Positions 17,660 to 27,618 are shown, counted from the first letter of the stretch. The stretch is 64,000 nucleotides of DNA from an uncultured Methanosarcinales archaeon (GCA_964441565.1 CAYTWW010000003.1:60037-124036); one strand, 5' to 3'. Notes: generated from the sequence alone by a model not told the origin. Translations and numbers: made by a program.

Positions 17660-17723
17660 TTTATCCCGTTTTTCGCATAAGGTTCTTAAGAGACCTGGAC
17701 ATTACCTGTGCTGAGGTGATATC

Positions 17724-17906
17724 ATGAGAAAAGAGATATTTGTCGTGCTGGCAGTGCTCCTGGTCTGCGCAATCGGCATAGCTGACACCGCAGAATCTGC
17801 GGCATATGAGACATCTGAAGAACAGGTCTATGATTCCTGCACAAGGACATGCTCCTGGTGCTATACGCCGACAAAGGCATGCACATTGTCAGGGGTATGT
17901 TGCTAG
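17724..17906 (+). CDS. Small secreted Cys-rich peptide (60 aa)
   Basis: Strong SD 'GAGGTGAT' 3 nt before the ATG. Signal-like 'MRKEIFVVLAVLLVCAIGIADTAESA'. C-terminus 'DSCTRTCSWCYTPTKACTLSGVCC' has 7 Cys in 24 aa. Confidence 0.5.
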   Translation: MRKEIFVVLAVLLVCAIGIADTAESAAYETSEEQVYDSCTRTCSWCYTPTKACTLSGVCC

Positions 17907-19979
17907 ACTGAGGAATAGCATATCGCTCATCACCAGGCTTTGATTCTTATTATTCTTGTCATTATCGTCATAGATCGTCCAGGGCATATGGACAGAATCC
18001 GAGATGATTCCCTGCTCTGAGTCTGGTCGGCAGAAGGAGAGGAGCATCCGAAGCCTGTCATCCGACGGATGATAATGGAGGGAACGGGCCAATGCCAAAG
18101 TGTCATAGGGAGAATCTGAGAAGAGAAGCCGGTCGACCCCATCTTCCATAAGATTGGAGAAATAGAATCCTTCCAGCTTCTTAAGTGCTTCATTGTAAAC
18201 CTCGCTTCCGGTGAATTCGTGAATCCGTCTCAGCTGAAGCATGACTTTCACATATGCCCGCGACCAGATGGAGACATTCTCCCCAGGTTCCTCACCAGTA
18301 GGGATCTCGACAAACCTTCCTATGCCCGGATCATCCCTAAGCGCATATCTCGCGTTCCTGAAATCCTCGATAGGCCCGTATGGTGTCGTGGCGTTGACCC
18401 CTGCAGATTCGAAGATGAATCCAGAGGGATGGATGTTCTTGGCGATGAAATCCTGCATGATCTCTTCTGATGCGGCAAGATAAGACTGGTTCCCTGTGGC
18501 TTCGTAGATACCAAGGAAAAGGTCCAGATCGTCAATATCAACTATATCCCTGATGCCTGGCCGCATGGCATACATGACAAGGCTTTCGTCTGCCACCTGG
18601 ATGAGCTTATCCATATATCTCCTATCTCCTGTCGCATGGAAGGCAGGGAGCAGAGCGAGAGGGTAGGCTGTGACAGAGGCACCTTCGAACGGCAGCTGAA
18701 GGATCGGCTCAGCATATTCTATAGCAAAGGGGAGAAGCTCAGGGTCTCTGGCCGACTGCATGAACAGCATGGAAACGAATGCTCCACCAGCTGTCCCTGG
18801 GCCTTCCAGGACCCATTCTCCCATCGGATCGAGATGGCTGGGATATGCAGGTCCGCCTTCTACATCGCGGAATCCTCCTGCGAGCAGAGGTTCTTTGTAC
18901 TTTATCCTGAAAGCGCGATCCTGTATCCTCTGCAGGTTGTGCATGAGTCCTCCATGGTCCTCTGGCAGCCTGGAAACAAGCGCTTCGATACTGTTTGTGT
19001 GGTGATCCCAGTATGAGTACAGCTGTACAGCGAGAATGATGACAAGGCATATGGAAAGGATGACTGCTGAAGCAGGTATGACTTTCCTTAAGGAGGCTGA
19101 CAGCCTGTGCCTTCCAAGCTCCTTTGCTACAGCTCTCCTGAAACTTGTCTCCTCATCATACTTCTCCCTTAGCGCATCAAGGATGACCTGCCTCTCCCGC
19201 GCAGGGATTGTACGAGGTATGTCGAGACGGTTGTTCTTCTTGGCCTCCAGGACCTCATCCCGCCGCAAGCCTGAGAATGGCTTCTCCCCAGAGAGCATCT
19301 CCAGGAGCAGCAAGCCCAGCTGATAGACATCTGTCCTCCAGTCAAGCTTCCTCACTTCAACCTGCTGGCGTGACATGTACGAAAGAGTGCCTTCGCTCTT
19401 CTGATCACCTTTCAGCTGGGCGATACCGAAATCGATCAGGTGGCATGAGATATTTCCATTTTCCAGTCGATGGAGGAACTCCTGGCTGATGACGCCTGCA
19501 CGTCTGATCCCTTTGGATGAGATCATGATGTTAGCCGGCTTGATATCGCAATGTATGATGCCGGTCCTTCCCCTGTACCTGACACTATGTGCATATGAGA
19601 GAGCATCTGAGAGCTCATGCACTATCCTGTCTGCGACATTGACTGGAAGCTTCTTTCCCAGCGACCTCAGATGGACAAGGACCTCTTCGAGAGAATAGCC
19701 ATCGATATGCTCAGACCGAATGAGGATGCTGTCGCCATGGGCGATGATATCATAGACCTGAGGGATGGACCTGTGCTTCATGACAGCTAGCATCTTACCC
19801 TCCTGCATGAACCTGTCACGCATGTGAGGCTCTACAGACTCAAGGATCTTGAGGATCTCAAGCCTTCCGGCAAGCTTCCTGTTCCTTACCTTGAAGACGC
19901 TTCTGCCAAGGACTTCTTCGAGAACAAGGTCTTCATCCTTCATCCCCTGAAGGATCCTCGCTGCGTCCTGCTTTCTCAC
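17889..19979 (-). CDS. Receptor-like Ser/Thr protein kinase: cytoplasmic kinase, one TM, extracellular alpha/alpha-barrel-like domain
   Basis: Kinase motifs 'IIHCDIKPANIM', 'IDFGIA', 'SGEKPF'. TM 'VIPASAVILSICLVIILAVQLYSYW'. C-terminal ~370 aa are helical-repeat-like ('GPGTAGGAFVSMLFMQ', 'FHATGDRRYMDKL'). Start is GTG at 19979 or ATG at 19943. Confidence 0.8.
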   Translation of the reverse strand: MRKQDAARILQGMKDEDLVLEEVLGRSVFKVRNRKLAGRLEILKILESVEPHMRDRFMQEGKMLAVMKHRSIPQVYDIIAHGDSILIRSEHIDGYSLEEVLVHLRSLGKKLPVNVADRIVHELSDALSYAHSVRYRGRTGIIHCDIKPANIMISSKGIRRAGVISQEFLHRLENGNISCHLIDFGIAQLKGDQKSEGTLSYMSRQQVEVRKLDWRTDVYQLGLLLLEMLSGEKPFSGLRRDEVLEAKKNNRLDIPRTIPARERQVILDALREKYDEETSFRRAVAKELGRHRLSASLRKVIPASAVILSICLVIILAVQLYSYWDHHTNSIEALVSRLPEDHGGLMHNLQRIQDRAFRIKYKEPLLAGGFRDVEGGPAYPSHLDPMGEWVLEGPGTAGGAFVSMLFMQSARDPELLPFAIEYAEPILQLPFEGASVTAYPLALLPAFHATGDRRYMDKLIQVADESLVMYAMRPGIRDIVDIDDLDLFLGIYEATGNQSYLAASEEIMQDFIAKNIHPSGFIFESAGVNATTPYGPIEDFRNARYALRDDPGIGRFVEIPTGEEPGENVSIWSRAYVKVMLQLRRIHEFTGSEVYNEALKKLEGFYFSNLMEDGVDRLLFSDSPYDTLALARSLHYHPSDDRLRMLLSFCRPDSEQGIISDSVHMPWTIYDDNDKNNKNQSLVMSDMLFLSLATYP

Positions 19980-20049
19980 AACTGCAACAATAAAAAGCGA
20001 TGAATAAAAATCTTTCTTAGGCTAGTAGGAAAAAAAGGAGACTCTTAGA

Positions 20050-20439
20050 CTAATGCCTGAGCAGGAGGAGATTGTATGCTACGACATATACAAGCAGCAC
20101 TGCGCAGATGAAGTAGCTTATCACTAGATGCAGAGGCTCCTGGATCGGTGTGATCCCGTCAAATATCATGAGCAGGAAACCAAGCATCATAACCGAGAGG
20201 AGAGCGATATAGCTTGCCCTGTAGCCGACATACATCATGCGCTCGTCTATCTGCTTCTTTCTGCCTGTCACCTCTTTTAGCAGGATTATGCCAAGCAGGA
20301 GGAAACCGCAGTACACAAGGTATTGGCCTACTGAGTTGTATGTGAAGAATTCCCGTGCTCCGATACCTAGCAGATTGAGCACTGTACCTGAAGCGACAAG
20401 AAGCACTCCGAATGCGACCTTAGCTGATCTCTGTTCCAT
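20050..20439 (-). CDS. Four-TM membrane protein co-transcribed with the XRE regulator
   Basis: Four hydrophobic segments. Lies 3 nt downstream of the HTH gene. Confidence 0.55.
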   Translation of the reverse strand: MEQRSAKVAFGVLLVASGTVLNLLGIGAREFFTYNSVGQYLVYCGFLLLGIILLKEVTGRKKQIDERMMYVGYRASYIALLSVMMLGFLLMIFDGITPIQEPLHLVISYFICAVLLVYVVAYNLLLLRH

Positions 20440-20442
20440 CTT

Positions 20443-20640
20443 TCATACCCCGAATATGTCTTCTACATGGCAATCAAAGATCTTTGCAAGCTTGAGAGCA
20501 AGTTCCAGTGAAGGGACATATCTTCCCCCCTCTATCGAGATGATGGTCTGGCGTGTTACCCCGGCCTGAGAAGCGAGGGCTTCCTGGGTCAGTCCTGATT
20601 TCTCCCTGAGTTCCCTGAGCTTGTTCTTCGCAAGTGCCAT
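20443..20640 (-). CDS. XRE-family helix-turn-helix transcriptional regulator
   Basis: 'LRELREKSGLTQEALASQAGVTRQTIISIEGGRYVPSLELALKLAKIF' is a canonical HTH_3 motif. Confidence 0.85.
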   Translation of the reverse strand: MALAKNKLRELREKSGLTQEALASQAGVTRQTIISIEGGRYVPSLELALKLAKIFDCHVEDIFGV

Positions 20641-20687
20641 GTAAAGTTCATTATACGTAAAGTATGCTTTACTATAAAAATGTTTCG

Positions 20688-21299
20688 TCAGAATGATAAT
20701 GCATCCTTAGGGCAGGCTGCCACGCATCTCCTGCATTTGATGCAGTCATGGCTGCTCTCGCGGGCGCATAGCTGCATCGGGCATGCCTTGTCGCAGAGGC
20801 TGCAGGAGACGCACTTGTCGCTATCGACCTTCAACTGATGCCTTCCTCTCCCCAGGAAGGCCTGGACTGTCCCCATCGGGCAGAAGGAGCACCATGCCCT
20901 CGGAGACCAGATCGTGCCGAAGATCACAGCGATCGATGTGGTGACAAGGCACATGGAAACGAAAACCATCCCTATCCTCTCGGCTGCTCCCTGGGCCTGG
21001 AGCAGCCTGAACACCATGAAGCCCATCAGAAGGATAAAGACAGGAATCCTGATGTACATGGACCTGAAGGAGCGAGGTATCTTCTTTTTCGCAGAGAGCT
21101 TAGGCAGCCATGTGTCATTGAACGCTCCCCTCGGACATAGGTTGCCGCAGAACCATCTTCCCATGAAGGGAGCTATCGCAAGGAGCGTGACAAAGACGAG
21201 CAAGAGGAAGTACCCGAGGTAGGGATAGAAGAGTCCTCCAATAGAGACTATCACGACGAGTGAGCCGAGGAGATACTTTCTCATTCTGGCAGAAGACAT
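20688..21299 (-). CDS. Membrane-bound 4Fe-4S binding protein (NapH/MauN-like)
   Basis: TM segments plus 'CGNLCPRGA', 'CSFCPMG', 'CVSCSLCDKACP', 'CIKCRRCVAACP'. Confidence 0.7.
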   Translation of the reverse strand: MSSARMRKYLLGSLVVIVSIGGLFYPYLGYFLLLVFVTLLAIAPFMGRWFCGNLCPRGAFNDTWLPKLSAKKKIPRSFRSMYIRIPVFILLMGFMVFRLLQAQGAAERIGMVFVSMCLVTTSIAVIFGTIWSPRAWCSFCPMGTVQAFLGRGRHQLKVDSDKCVSCSLCDKACPMQLCARESSHDCIKCRRCVAACPKDALSF

Positions 21300-21398
21300 G
21301 CAATCAGCTTAAATACGTGGCGGAGTGCTGCTCAGGAAGATCGGATGACTGCAGTACCGCCAGCTTGGCAAATTTTTTATATTCTGACAGAACAGACT

Positions 21399-21947
21399 AT
21401 GCCTGTGAAAAAAGTCATCAGGGAATTCCTAAAGGACAAGAAGAGGAAGGTGCTTGTCCGTGAAGTGGTTTCCAGGAACTCGATGTATGACTGGCCGAGA
21501 GTGAGATTTCCGGTCAAGGTGGTGTTCAATTACATTGTCGTGAGATTCTGCAGCATCCTCCCCCTGCCTTTCAAGACATTCCTGTACAGGCATGTGTGCG
21601 GGATCAGCATAGGAAGGGAGGTCGCTATCGCTCCTGAAGCAGATTTTGACTCATTCTATCCGGAACTGATCAGCATCGATGACAATGTGATCATAGGGAT
21701 GCGGGCCTCGATATACACGCATGAATTCATGCAAGGGGCTCTCAGGCTGGGCAGAGTGCATATAGGGGAAGGCGCTGTGATAGGAGCGCACACAGTCGTG
21801 AGATCAGGAGTGACGATAGGCAATGGAGCTGTGATTGGCATGTGCAGCTTTGTCAACAAGGATGTTCCTCCCGGCGAAGTCTGGGGAGGAGTGCCTGCGA
21901 AGAGGATAAAGAAAAAAAGCACCCTAAAGCTTCGCTCTTCTCAATAA
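21399..21947 (+). CDS. Hexapeptide-repeat (LbH) acyltransferase
   Basis: '[31 protein letters not shown]' hexapeptide repeats. I chose the ATG at 21399 because a T/A-rich box (21373-21383) lies ~20 nt upstream. Confidence 0.75.
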   Translation: MPVKKVIREFLKDKKRKVLVREVVSRNSMYDWPRVRFPVKVVFNYIVVRFCSILPLPFKTFLYRHVCGISIGREVAIAPEADFDSFYPELISIDDNVIIGMRASIYTHEFMQGALRLGRVHIGEGAVIGAHTVVRSGVTIGNGAVIGMCSFVNKDVPPGEVWGGVPAKRIKKKSTLKLRSSQ

Positions 21948-24071
21948 TAGCGAGTTCGTGACCACCGATACTGAAGAGAGCGCCATCGCAGCACCGGCGA
22001 TTATCGGTGACAGGAGCCAGCCTGTGAACGGATACAATAGCCCTGCTGCGACAGGTATGCCCAGCACATTATAGAAGAGTGCCCAGAACATGTTCTGCCT
22101 GATCTTCGACATTGTGGCTCTTGACAGCTGCATTGCGCGCGCGACATCTGCCAAATCATTTCTCATGAGGACGACATTGCCTGTCTCCATCGCCACATCT
22201 GTGCCTGAGCCCATGGCGATGCCGATATCTGCCTGGGCAAGGGCAGGAGCGTCGTTGATGCCGTCACCGACCATAGCGACCTTGCCTTTCTCCTGAAGCT
22301 TCCTGACATGGCCAGCCTTATCTTCGGGGAGGACTTCTGCATAGACATGGTGCACACCTGCCTGCTTTGCGATCGCATCAGCTGTCCTCTTGTTGTCTCC
22401 TGTGATCATGTATGTCTCAATGCCCATCCTGTGAAGCATGGAAACCGCCTCTGCACTCGATGGCTTGATCGTGTCTGCGATCGCTATCACACCGATGACT
22501 TCATTCTCATCTGCCACAAAGACGACAGTCTTCCCCTGATGCTCAAGCTCCTGGGCAGATGCATCATCAAAGAGGATCTTATGCTTCGTCAAGAGATTCC
22601 TGCTTCCGACAAAGTATCTTTTGCCAGATATCTTCGCGCTGATGCCATGGCCTGGATCAGCATGGAAGTCCTCGATCTTCTTGAGAGAGAGGTCCTTGGC
22701 TTTCCTCACAATGGCCTCACCAAGAGGATGTTCTGATCTCTTCTCGATGCTTGCGGCGACCGAGAGCACCTCTTCCTTATCGACTGCGATGATATCAGTG
22801 ACCTCTGGCTGGCCTCTTGTTATTGTGCCAGTCTTATCAAATACCACATGCTTCACGAGATGTGCTGCCTCCAACGCGTCTCCCCCCTTGATCAGTATCC
22901 CGTTCTTCGCCCCAAGACCTGTGCCGACCATGATAGCTGTCGGTGTCGCGAGGCCAAGGGCGCATGGGCATGCGATGACAAGCACAGATACTGCGGCGAT
23001 CATCGCGAACGAGAGGCCCATGCCAAGCGCAAACCAGATGACGAAAGTCATCGCTGCGATAATCATCACTGCAGGCACGAAGTATGCTGACACATTGTCT
23101 GCGAACCTCTGGATAGGAGCTTTCCTGCCTTGAGCATCCTCGATAAGCTTGATTATCCTTGCGAGCGTGGTATCCTTGCCGATCTTTGTCGCCTTCACAG
23201 TGAGGCTCCCGTTCTTGTTGACTGTGCCACCAATCACGGAGCTTCCCTTCTCCTTCCCCACAGGCATGCTCTCGCCTGTTATCATGCTCTCGTCGACCGA
23301 ACTCCTCCCCTCGGTGACGAGCCCATCGACAGGGATCCTCTCGCCAGGCCGGATGATGACCAAGTCCTCGAGGAGGACGTCTTCAATCGGGACATGGATC
23401 TCCTTCCCTCCCCTCATCACAAGAGCAGTCTTCGGGGCTATGCTCATCAGCTTCTTTATCGCATCGCTGGTCTTCCCCTTCGACCTTGCCTCCAGGAGCT
23501 TGCCGAATATCACGAGCGTGATAAGTATAGATGATGTCTCGAAGTACTGGCCAAGCGACCTGTTGAAGAGCATGGCATAGACACTGAAGATATATGCAGC
23601 TGTCGTCCCTACTGCGATGAGCGTGTCCATATTCGCGCTCCTGTTCCTCAGAGCATAGAGCGTCCCTCTGTAGAACTGCGCACCCACAAAGAACTGGACA
23701 GGTGTCGCGAGCAGGAAGAGTATCAGCTCGGCATGGGGGAACATGATGCCGAACCACATGAACACCATCCCGATCACAAAGACGGGTATAGAGAATGCCA
23801 GGCTTATCGCAAGGAGGATTGATAGCCGTCGTATCACCTGCTTCTCTAGTAGAGCAGAATCTCCTGGAAGGTCAGCTGAGTATCCCTTGCTCTCGATTGT
23901 CTTTATCAGCTCCTGAACTGAAAGCTGCTTCTCATCAAACTCGACTGTAGCCTTGCCTGTGGAGTAATTGACATTCGATTGCATGACACCAAGCTTCTTC
24001 TGGAGAGCCTTGTCGATCACTATCGCGCAGCTTGCGCAATGCATCCCCTTTATCTGAAGGTCAGTTCTCAT
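21924..24071 (-). CDS. copA: Copper-translocating P1B-type ATPase
   Basis: HMA domain '[15 protein letters not shown]', plus '[10 protein letters not shown]', 'DKTGTIT', 'GDGINDAP'. Confidence 0.95.
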   Translation of the reverse strand: MRTDLQIKGMHCASCAIVIDKALQKKLGVMQSNVNYSTGKATVEFDEKQLSVQELIKTIESKGYSADLPGDSALLEKQVIRRLSILLAISLAFSIPVFVIGMVFMWFGIMFPHAELILFLLATPVQFFVGAQFYRGTLYALRNRSANMDTLIAVGTTAAYIFSVYAMLFNRSLGQYFETSSILITLVIFGKLLEARSKGKTSDAIKKLMSIAPKTALVMRGGKEIHVPIEDVLLEDLVIIRPGERIPVDGLVTEGRSSVDESMITGESMPVGKEKGSSVIGGTVNKNGSLTVKATKIGKDTTLARIIKLIEDAQGRKAPIQRFADNVSAYFVPAVMIIAAMTFVIWFALGMGLSFAMIAAVSVLVIACPCALGLATPTAIMVGTGLGAKNGILIKGGDALEAAHLVKHVVFDKTGTITRGQPEVTDIIAVDKEEVLSVAASIEKRSEHPLGEAIVRKAKDLSLKKIEDFHADPGHGISAKISGKRYFVGSRNLLTKHKILFDDASAQELEHQGKTVVFVADENEVIGVIAIADTIKPSSAEAVSMLHRMGIETYMITGDNKRTADAIAKQAGVHHVYAEVLPEDKAGHVRKLQEKGKVAMVGDGINDAPALAQADIGIAMGSGTDVAMETGNVVLMRNDLADVARAMQLSRATMSKIRQNMFWALFYNVLGIPVAAGLLYPFTGWLLSPIIAGAAMALSSVSVVTNSLLLRRAKL

Positions 24072-24770
24072 CTATATCACCTCGACGGGAAGGACATGCA
24101 TCATGTCAAGCGCACCACCTGTCTCCTTGTATATTCCTGCTACAAAGACATCGTTTCCGAAGAAATCCTCGATAGTGTCTCCCGGAGCTGTGAATAATCG
24201 TTCCTTCATCATCATGTCTGCCTCATCCCTGCCGATCGCCAACGGATAGTAAGTCTTGCCATCCCTCTCGATCTCATCGAACTGGAGGGAACCTTCCTCA
24301 AGTTCCCACATGCTCTCTTCTGAGACCAGGAACATCTTGATCATTCCCTCTGATTCCCTGAACTGCACTGCCTTCCCTGGCTGGAGGGAAGCCAGATTGT
24401 CATCTGATATGAGATGCATCATATCCAAAGGAGTGTCTGTCTTCTCGATTATCCCTACGACATCTGCTTCGATCCCGAAAAGCTTGACTTTATCACCGAC
24501 CCTTGAAAATAATCCTTCCTTTCTCATCATCGCAGCCTCATCGCTCCCCAGGACTATCGATCCAGGAGAGATCCTGAGGGATCCTTCTGCCGGCATCGCA
24601 GGGATGCTGTGAGCTGAGGCGAATATCTTGACATCCATGGGCCCGATGATTGCCCTTGCTTCCAGGGTATCGAAGAATGCTGGACCGATACTTCCCCTGC
24701 CTAATGAGAAATAAGTTGCTGTGACAAGCACTATGATCACTACTGTGATGACTGCTGCTTTCTTGTACAT
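24072..24770 (-). CDS. Membrane-anchored protein with an internally duplicated Met-rich domain (unknown function) inside the cop operon
   Basis: N-terminal TM. Two repeats: 'LGSDEAAMMRKEGLFSRVGDKVKLFGIEADVVGIIEKTDTPLDMMHL' and 'IGRDEADMMMKERLFTAPGDTIEDFFGNDVFVAGIYKETGGALDMMHV'. Abuts both neighbours with 0-nt gaps. Confidence 0.6.
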   Translation of the reverse strand: MYKKAAVITVVIIVLVTATYFSLGRGSIGPAFFDTLEARAIIGPMDVKIFASAHSIPAMPAEGSLRISPGSIVLGSDEAAMMRKEGLFSRVGDKVKLFGIEADVVGIIEKTDTPLDMMHLISDDNLASLQPGKAVQFRESEGMIKMFLVSEESMWELEEGSLQFDEIERDGKTYYPLAIGRDEADMMMKERLFTAPGDTIEDFFGNDVFVAGIYKETGGALDMMHVLPVEVI

Positions 24771-25115
24771 CTAGACCACCTTCCGGAGGATCCCGCCTTC
24801 CTCTTCGATATGAGCGCAGTGCGGGCATCTCTTCTTCTGGCCGAAGTAGCTGAAGGCATCCCTCAATATGCACCAGCAGAAATTCTTCGACAAGCTGAAG
24901 AACTTGTTCCTCCCGTCCCTCCTGCTCTGGACAATGCCGATGTCCTCCATCATCGAGAGCTGATGAGAGACAGCTGAGAGGCTGATATCTCCGACTGCCT
25001 GATGTATCTCGTTCACTGTCCTTGGCTCTTCTGAGATCGCAACAAGTATCCTGAGGCGTGTCTCATCTGAGAGCGCCTGGAAGAATCTTATGACTGATGG
25101 GTCTATCTTTTGCAT
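24771..25115 (-). CDS. ArsR/SmtB-family metalloregulator with Cys-rich C-terminus
   Basis: 'LSDETRLRILVAISEEPRTVNEIHQAVGDISLSAVSHQLSMM' is the wHTH. C-terminus is 'FCWC...CPHCAH'. Confidence 0.85.
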   Translation of the reverse strand: MQKIDPSVIRFFQALSDETRLRILVAISEEPRTVNEIHQAVGDISLSAVSHQLSMMEDIGIVQSRRDGRNKFFSLSKNFCWCILRDAFSYFGQKKRCPHCAHIEEEGGILRKVV

Positions 25116-25121
25116 AGATAG

Positions 25122-25146
25122 TTGAGCGCTTGCTCAAGTATTTAAA
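25122..25146 (-). promoter_or_regulatory. TATA box plus palindromic operator candidate for the ArsR-cop operon
   Basis: On the minus strand, 'TTTAAATA' (25139-25146) lies ~27 nt upstream of the ATG at 25115. The inverted repeat TTGAGC-N4-GCTCAA (25122-25137) sits between them. Confidence 0.5.
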
Positions 25147-25280
25147 GATAGTCTATCCTACTTACCAATGATGGAATGAATTCTCTTCCATGGAACTTCA
25201 ACTCTCCCAAAAAAAAGGGACACATCCGACCTATCACCTAAATGTGATTTCTTATTATAATGCTCAAGCTCCTATCATGA

Positions 25281-26552
25281 ATGAGATATGCATGGATGCT
25301 GCTGCTCTTACTGGCTGCCTGCGGGACGTCTCCTGAACTCTCCCGTCAACCAGATGTCGAACAGGCAGGGAATTCGACTGATGACTCTACCGACGCTAAC
25401 TCTACTGATTCAACCTCTAATGATCCAGGCATGACGCTCACGCTTGTGGCTGAGGGAATGGCTGCACCGCTCGCGATGGTCCAGGTCGATGATGGAATAC
25501 TTGTAGCTGATCAGCAAGGGATAATATGGCGGATAGATGTTGCTGGTGAAAAGGAGATAGCGCTCGACCTTCGGGAGGAGATGGTCGAGCTATCTCCCTC
25601 ATATGACGAGCGAGGGTTACTAGGGATGGCCCTCCATCCTGAAGGCAGCAGCCTGTTCCTGTACTATAGCGCGCCTCTGAGAGCGGGTGCGCCTGAAGGG
25701 TGGGACCACACGAGCAGGATATCTGAATTCGATATTTCTGAGGGCATGATCAACCCAGGCTCAGAAAGGGTCGTCATGGAGATCGACCAGCCGCAGTCGA
25801 ACCACAACGGAGGCCAGATCATGTTCGGACCAGATGGTCATCTGTATGTGCCGCTGGGGGATGGAGGAGGAGCAGATGACCAGGGGACCGGCCATCCTCA
25901 GGATTGGTATGAGGAGCTTCCAGGAGGAAACGGGCAGTCCATGGACACGCTTCTTGGCACCATACTCAGGATCGATGTGGATGCTGAGGAAGGATATTCT
26001 ATCCCAGATGACAATCCCTTTGCGGGAGAGGATGGAAGGGAAGAGATCTTCGCCTATGGACTTAGGAACCCATTCAGGATCTCTTTCGATGAAGAGCTTG
26101 GGATCATCGCTGCAGATGTCGGGCAGAACGCCTGGGAAGAGATAGATATCATCGTGCCAGGAGGGAACTATGGATGGAATGTCAGGGAAGGGAACCATTG
26201 CCTTGAAGGGGAGCCGTGCCCTACAGAGACACCTGATGGCCAAGAGCTTATCTATCCTGTCCTCGAATTCAGGAATACTGGTGGTTCTGCTATCATAGGG
26301 GGATATGTCTACAGAGGGTCAGATATCCCACAGCTCTCCGGGAAATATATCTTCGGAGACTGGAACAGGGAAGGAAGCGGGGTCATATTCAAGGCTGATC
26401 CTGAGGATTGGGAGATGGAAGAGCTGCTCCGCCTTGATGGCTACCTGCTCTCATTCTCCCGGGATGATGACGGTGAACTGTTTGTCCTGACGTCTGATAA
26501 CACAGGACCCACAGGTGATACTGGCAGGTTATTCAGGTTGGGAGGTGTATGA
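25281..26552 (+). CDS. PQQ-dependent sugar dehydrogenase (soluble GDH/sorbosone dehydrogenase family) lipoprotein
   Basis: Lipobox 'LLLAAC', plus 'HNGGQIMFGPDGHLYVPLGDGG', 'FAYGLRNPFRISFD', 'DVGQNAWEEIDII..GGNYGWN'. Confidence 0.85.
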   Translation: MRYAWMLLLLLAACGTSPELSRQPDVEQAGNSTDDSTDANSTDSTSNDPGMTLTLVAEGMAAPLAMVQVDDGILVADQQGIIWRIDVAGEKEIALDLREEMVELSPSYDERGLLGMALHPEGSSLFLYYSAPLRAGAPEGWDHTSRISEFDISEGMINPGSERVVMEIDQPQSNHNGGQIMFGPDGHLYVPLGDGGGADDQGTGHPQDWYEELPGGNGQSMDTLLGTILRIDVDAEEGYSIPDDNPFAGEDGREEIFAYGLRNPFRISFDEELGIIAADVGQNAWEEIDIIVPGGNYGWNVREGNHCLEGEPCPTETPDGQELIYPVLEFRNTGGSAIIGGYVYRGSDIPQLSGKYIFGDWNREGSGVIFKADPEDWEMEELLRLDGYLLSFSRDDDGELFVLTSDNTGPTGDTGRLFRLGGV

Positions 26553-26992
26553 TGAGAAAGACATTGATACTTATGGCACTGCTTGTGGCACTGGCTGCAT
26601 GCACGACAACGGTAGATGACTTAGGAGAGCCTATCGAGGACGATGCAATTGACCAGGAAGATCGTGACAATGTAGACCCTGATGTTCAGGAGACTGTGGA
26701 TGATACCCTGGAAGGGGAGGATGCAGGACCTGTGACACCTGTCCCTGATGTCACAGTCGACATGATAGATGGGCAGTTTGTTCCTGCGGATGTCGAGATC
26801 ATGTCAGGGGATACTGTCAGATGGAGGAACCTGGATCCTGAAGGGCATTCGATACAGGGATTCGGAGTGTATGACGAGGTCCCTCCAGGTGAGGATTTCA
26901 TGTGGACTTTCGACAATCCCGGGAACTATCCTTATGAGTCGACAGCAGATACAGCTATGGAGGGCACTGTCTTTGTGCTGGCGAGAGAATGA
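26549..26992 (+). CDS. Cupredoxin-fold lipoprotein lacking the type-1 Cu Cys/His loop
   Basis: Lipobox 'LALAAC'. 'FVPADVEIMSGDTVRWRNLDPEGHSI...GNYPYESTADTAMEGTVFV' follows the plastocyanin-like pattern, but the ligand Cys and His are replaced. Confidence 0.6.
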   Translation: MMRKTLILMALLVALAACTTTVDDLGEPIEDDAIDQEDRDNVDPDVQETVDDTLEGEDAGPVTPVPDVTVDMIDGQFVPADVEIMSGDTVRWRNLDPEGHSIQGFGVYDEVPPGEDFMWTFDNPGNYPYESTADTAMEGTVFVLARE

Positions 26993-27618
26993 GGCTTCTT
27001 CTTTTCTTCTGTATACTGGTGGCATCTGTGACTGCCTGGCATGAGGAGTACTTCGCAGATGAAGGCTATGCTGTGAGCGGCTGGGAGTCGGATAGATCTG
27101 ACAGTCAGGAATACTTTGATAGATACGAAGACTGCATATATGATATAGAAGGCAGGTGCGTGACCGATGACAGGGACTATTATCAACTGTGCGCCTATGA
27201 TGTCGATGGGATAAGCAGATGCTTCCTTGTGCATGAAGATACTGCTGACAGCATCACGGGGATGAACTATGATATCGAAAGGGAAGCAAGGATAATCGAA
27301 GACAGGGTAGACGATGTGAGCTATGTCAGGAGGACCTATGGACCTGAGGCTCCTGATACATACTACACAGATACATACTCATACTATGAACGTGATGACC
27401 AGTATCCAGATCAGTATCATACTCGTCAATCCGACAATGTCATGGTCTGGGAGAATGGGAATGTATACAGGGAAGTAGATGGGGTTTGGTATAGACAGAG
27501 GGATGATATGCTCTATCCTCTTGACACCCCTGGATGGGACCTCCCTGAGGACCAGCTTCGCCGCGCTGAGAGAGATGTCCGATATGTTGATCAGGAAAGC
27601 ATCTATTTTGTACGGTAA
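26989..27618 (+). CDS. Secreted acidic Tyr/Asp-rich protein (unknown)
   Basis: Signal 'MRLLLFFCILVASVTA'. Low-complexity 'YYTDTYSYYERDDQYPDQYH'. ATGA overlap with the upstream gene. Confidence 0.5.
   Translation: MRLLLFFCILVASVTAWHEEYFADEGYAVSGWESDRSDSQEYFDRYEDCIYDIEGRCVTDDRDYYQLCAYDVDGISRCFLVHEDTADSITGMNYDIEREARIIEDRVDDVSYVRRTYGPEAPDTYYTDTYSYYERDDQYPDQYHTRQSDNVMVWENGNVYREVDGVWYRQRDDMLYPLDTPGWDLPEDQLRRAERDVRYVDQESIYFVR

Noticed and set aside
17889-19000. Kinase C-terminal domain as a LanC-like cyclase (class III/IV lanthipeptide synthetase) acting on the adjacent Cys/Ser/Thr-rich peptide
   Set aside because: No lyase domain is present. A clear TM helix separates the kinase from the helical domain, which places that domain outside the cell. 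The peptide has a Sec-type signal rather than a RiPP leader, and the Zn-ligand Cys/His motifs are absent. I kept only the weaker ligand/receptor or archaeocin hypothesis.
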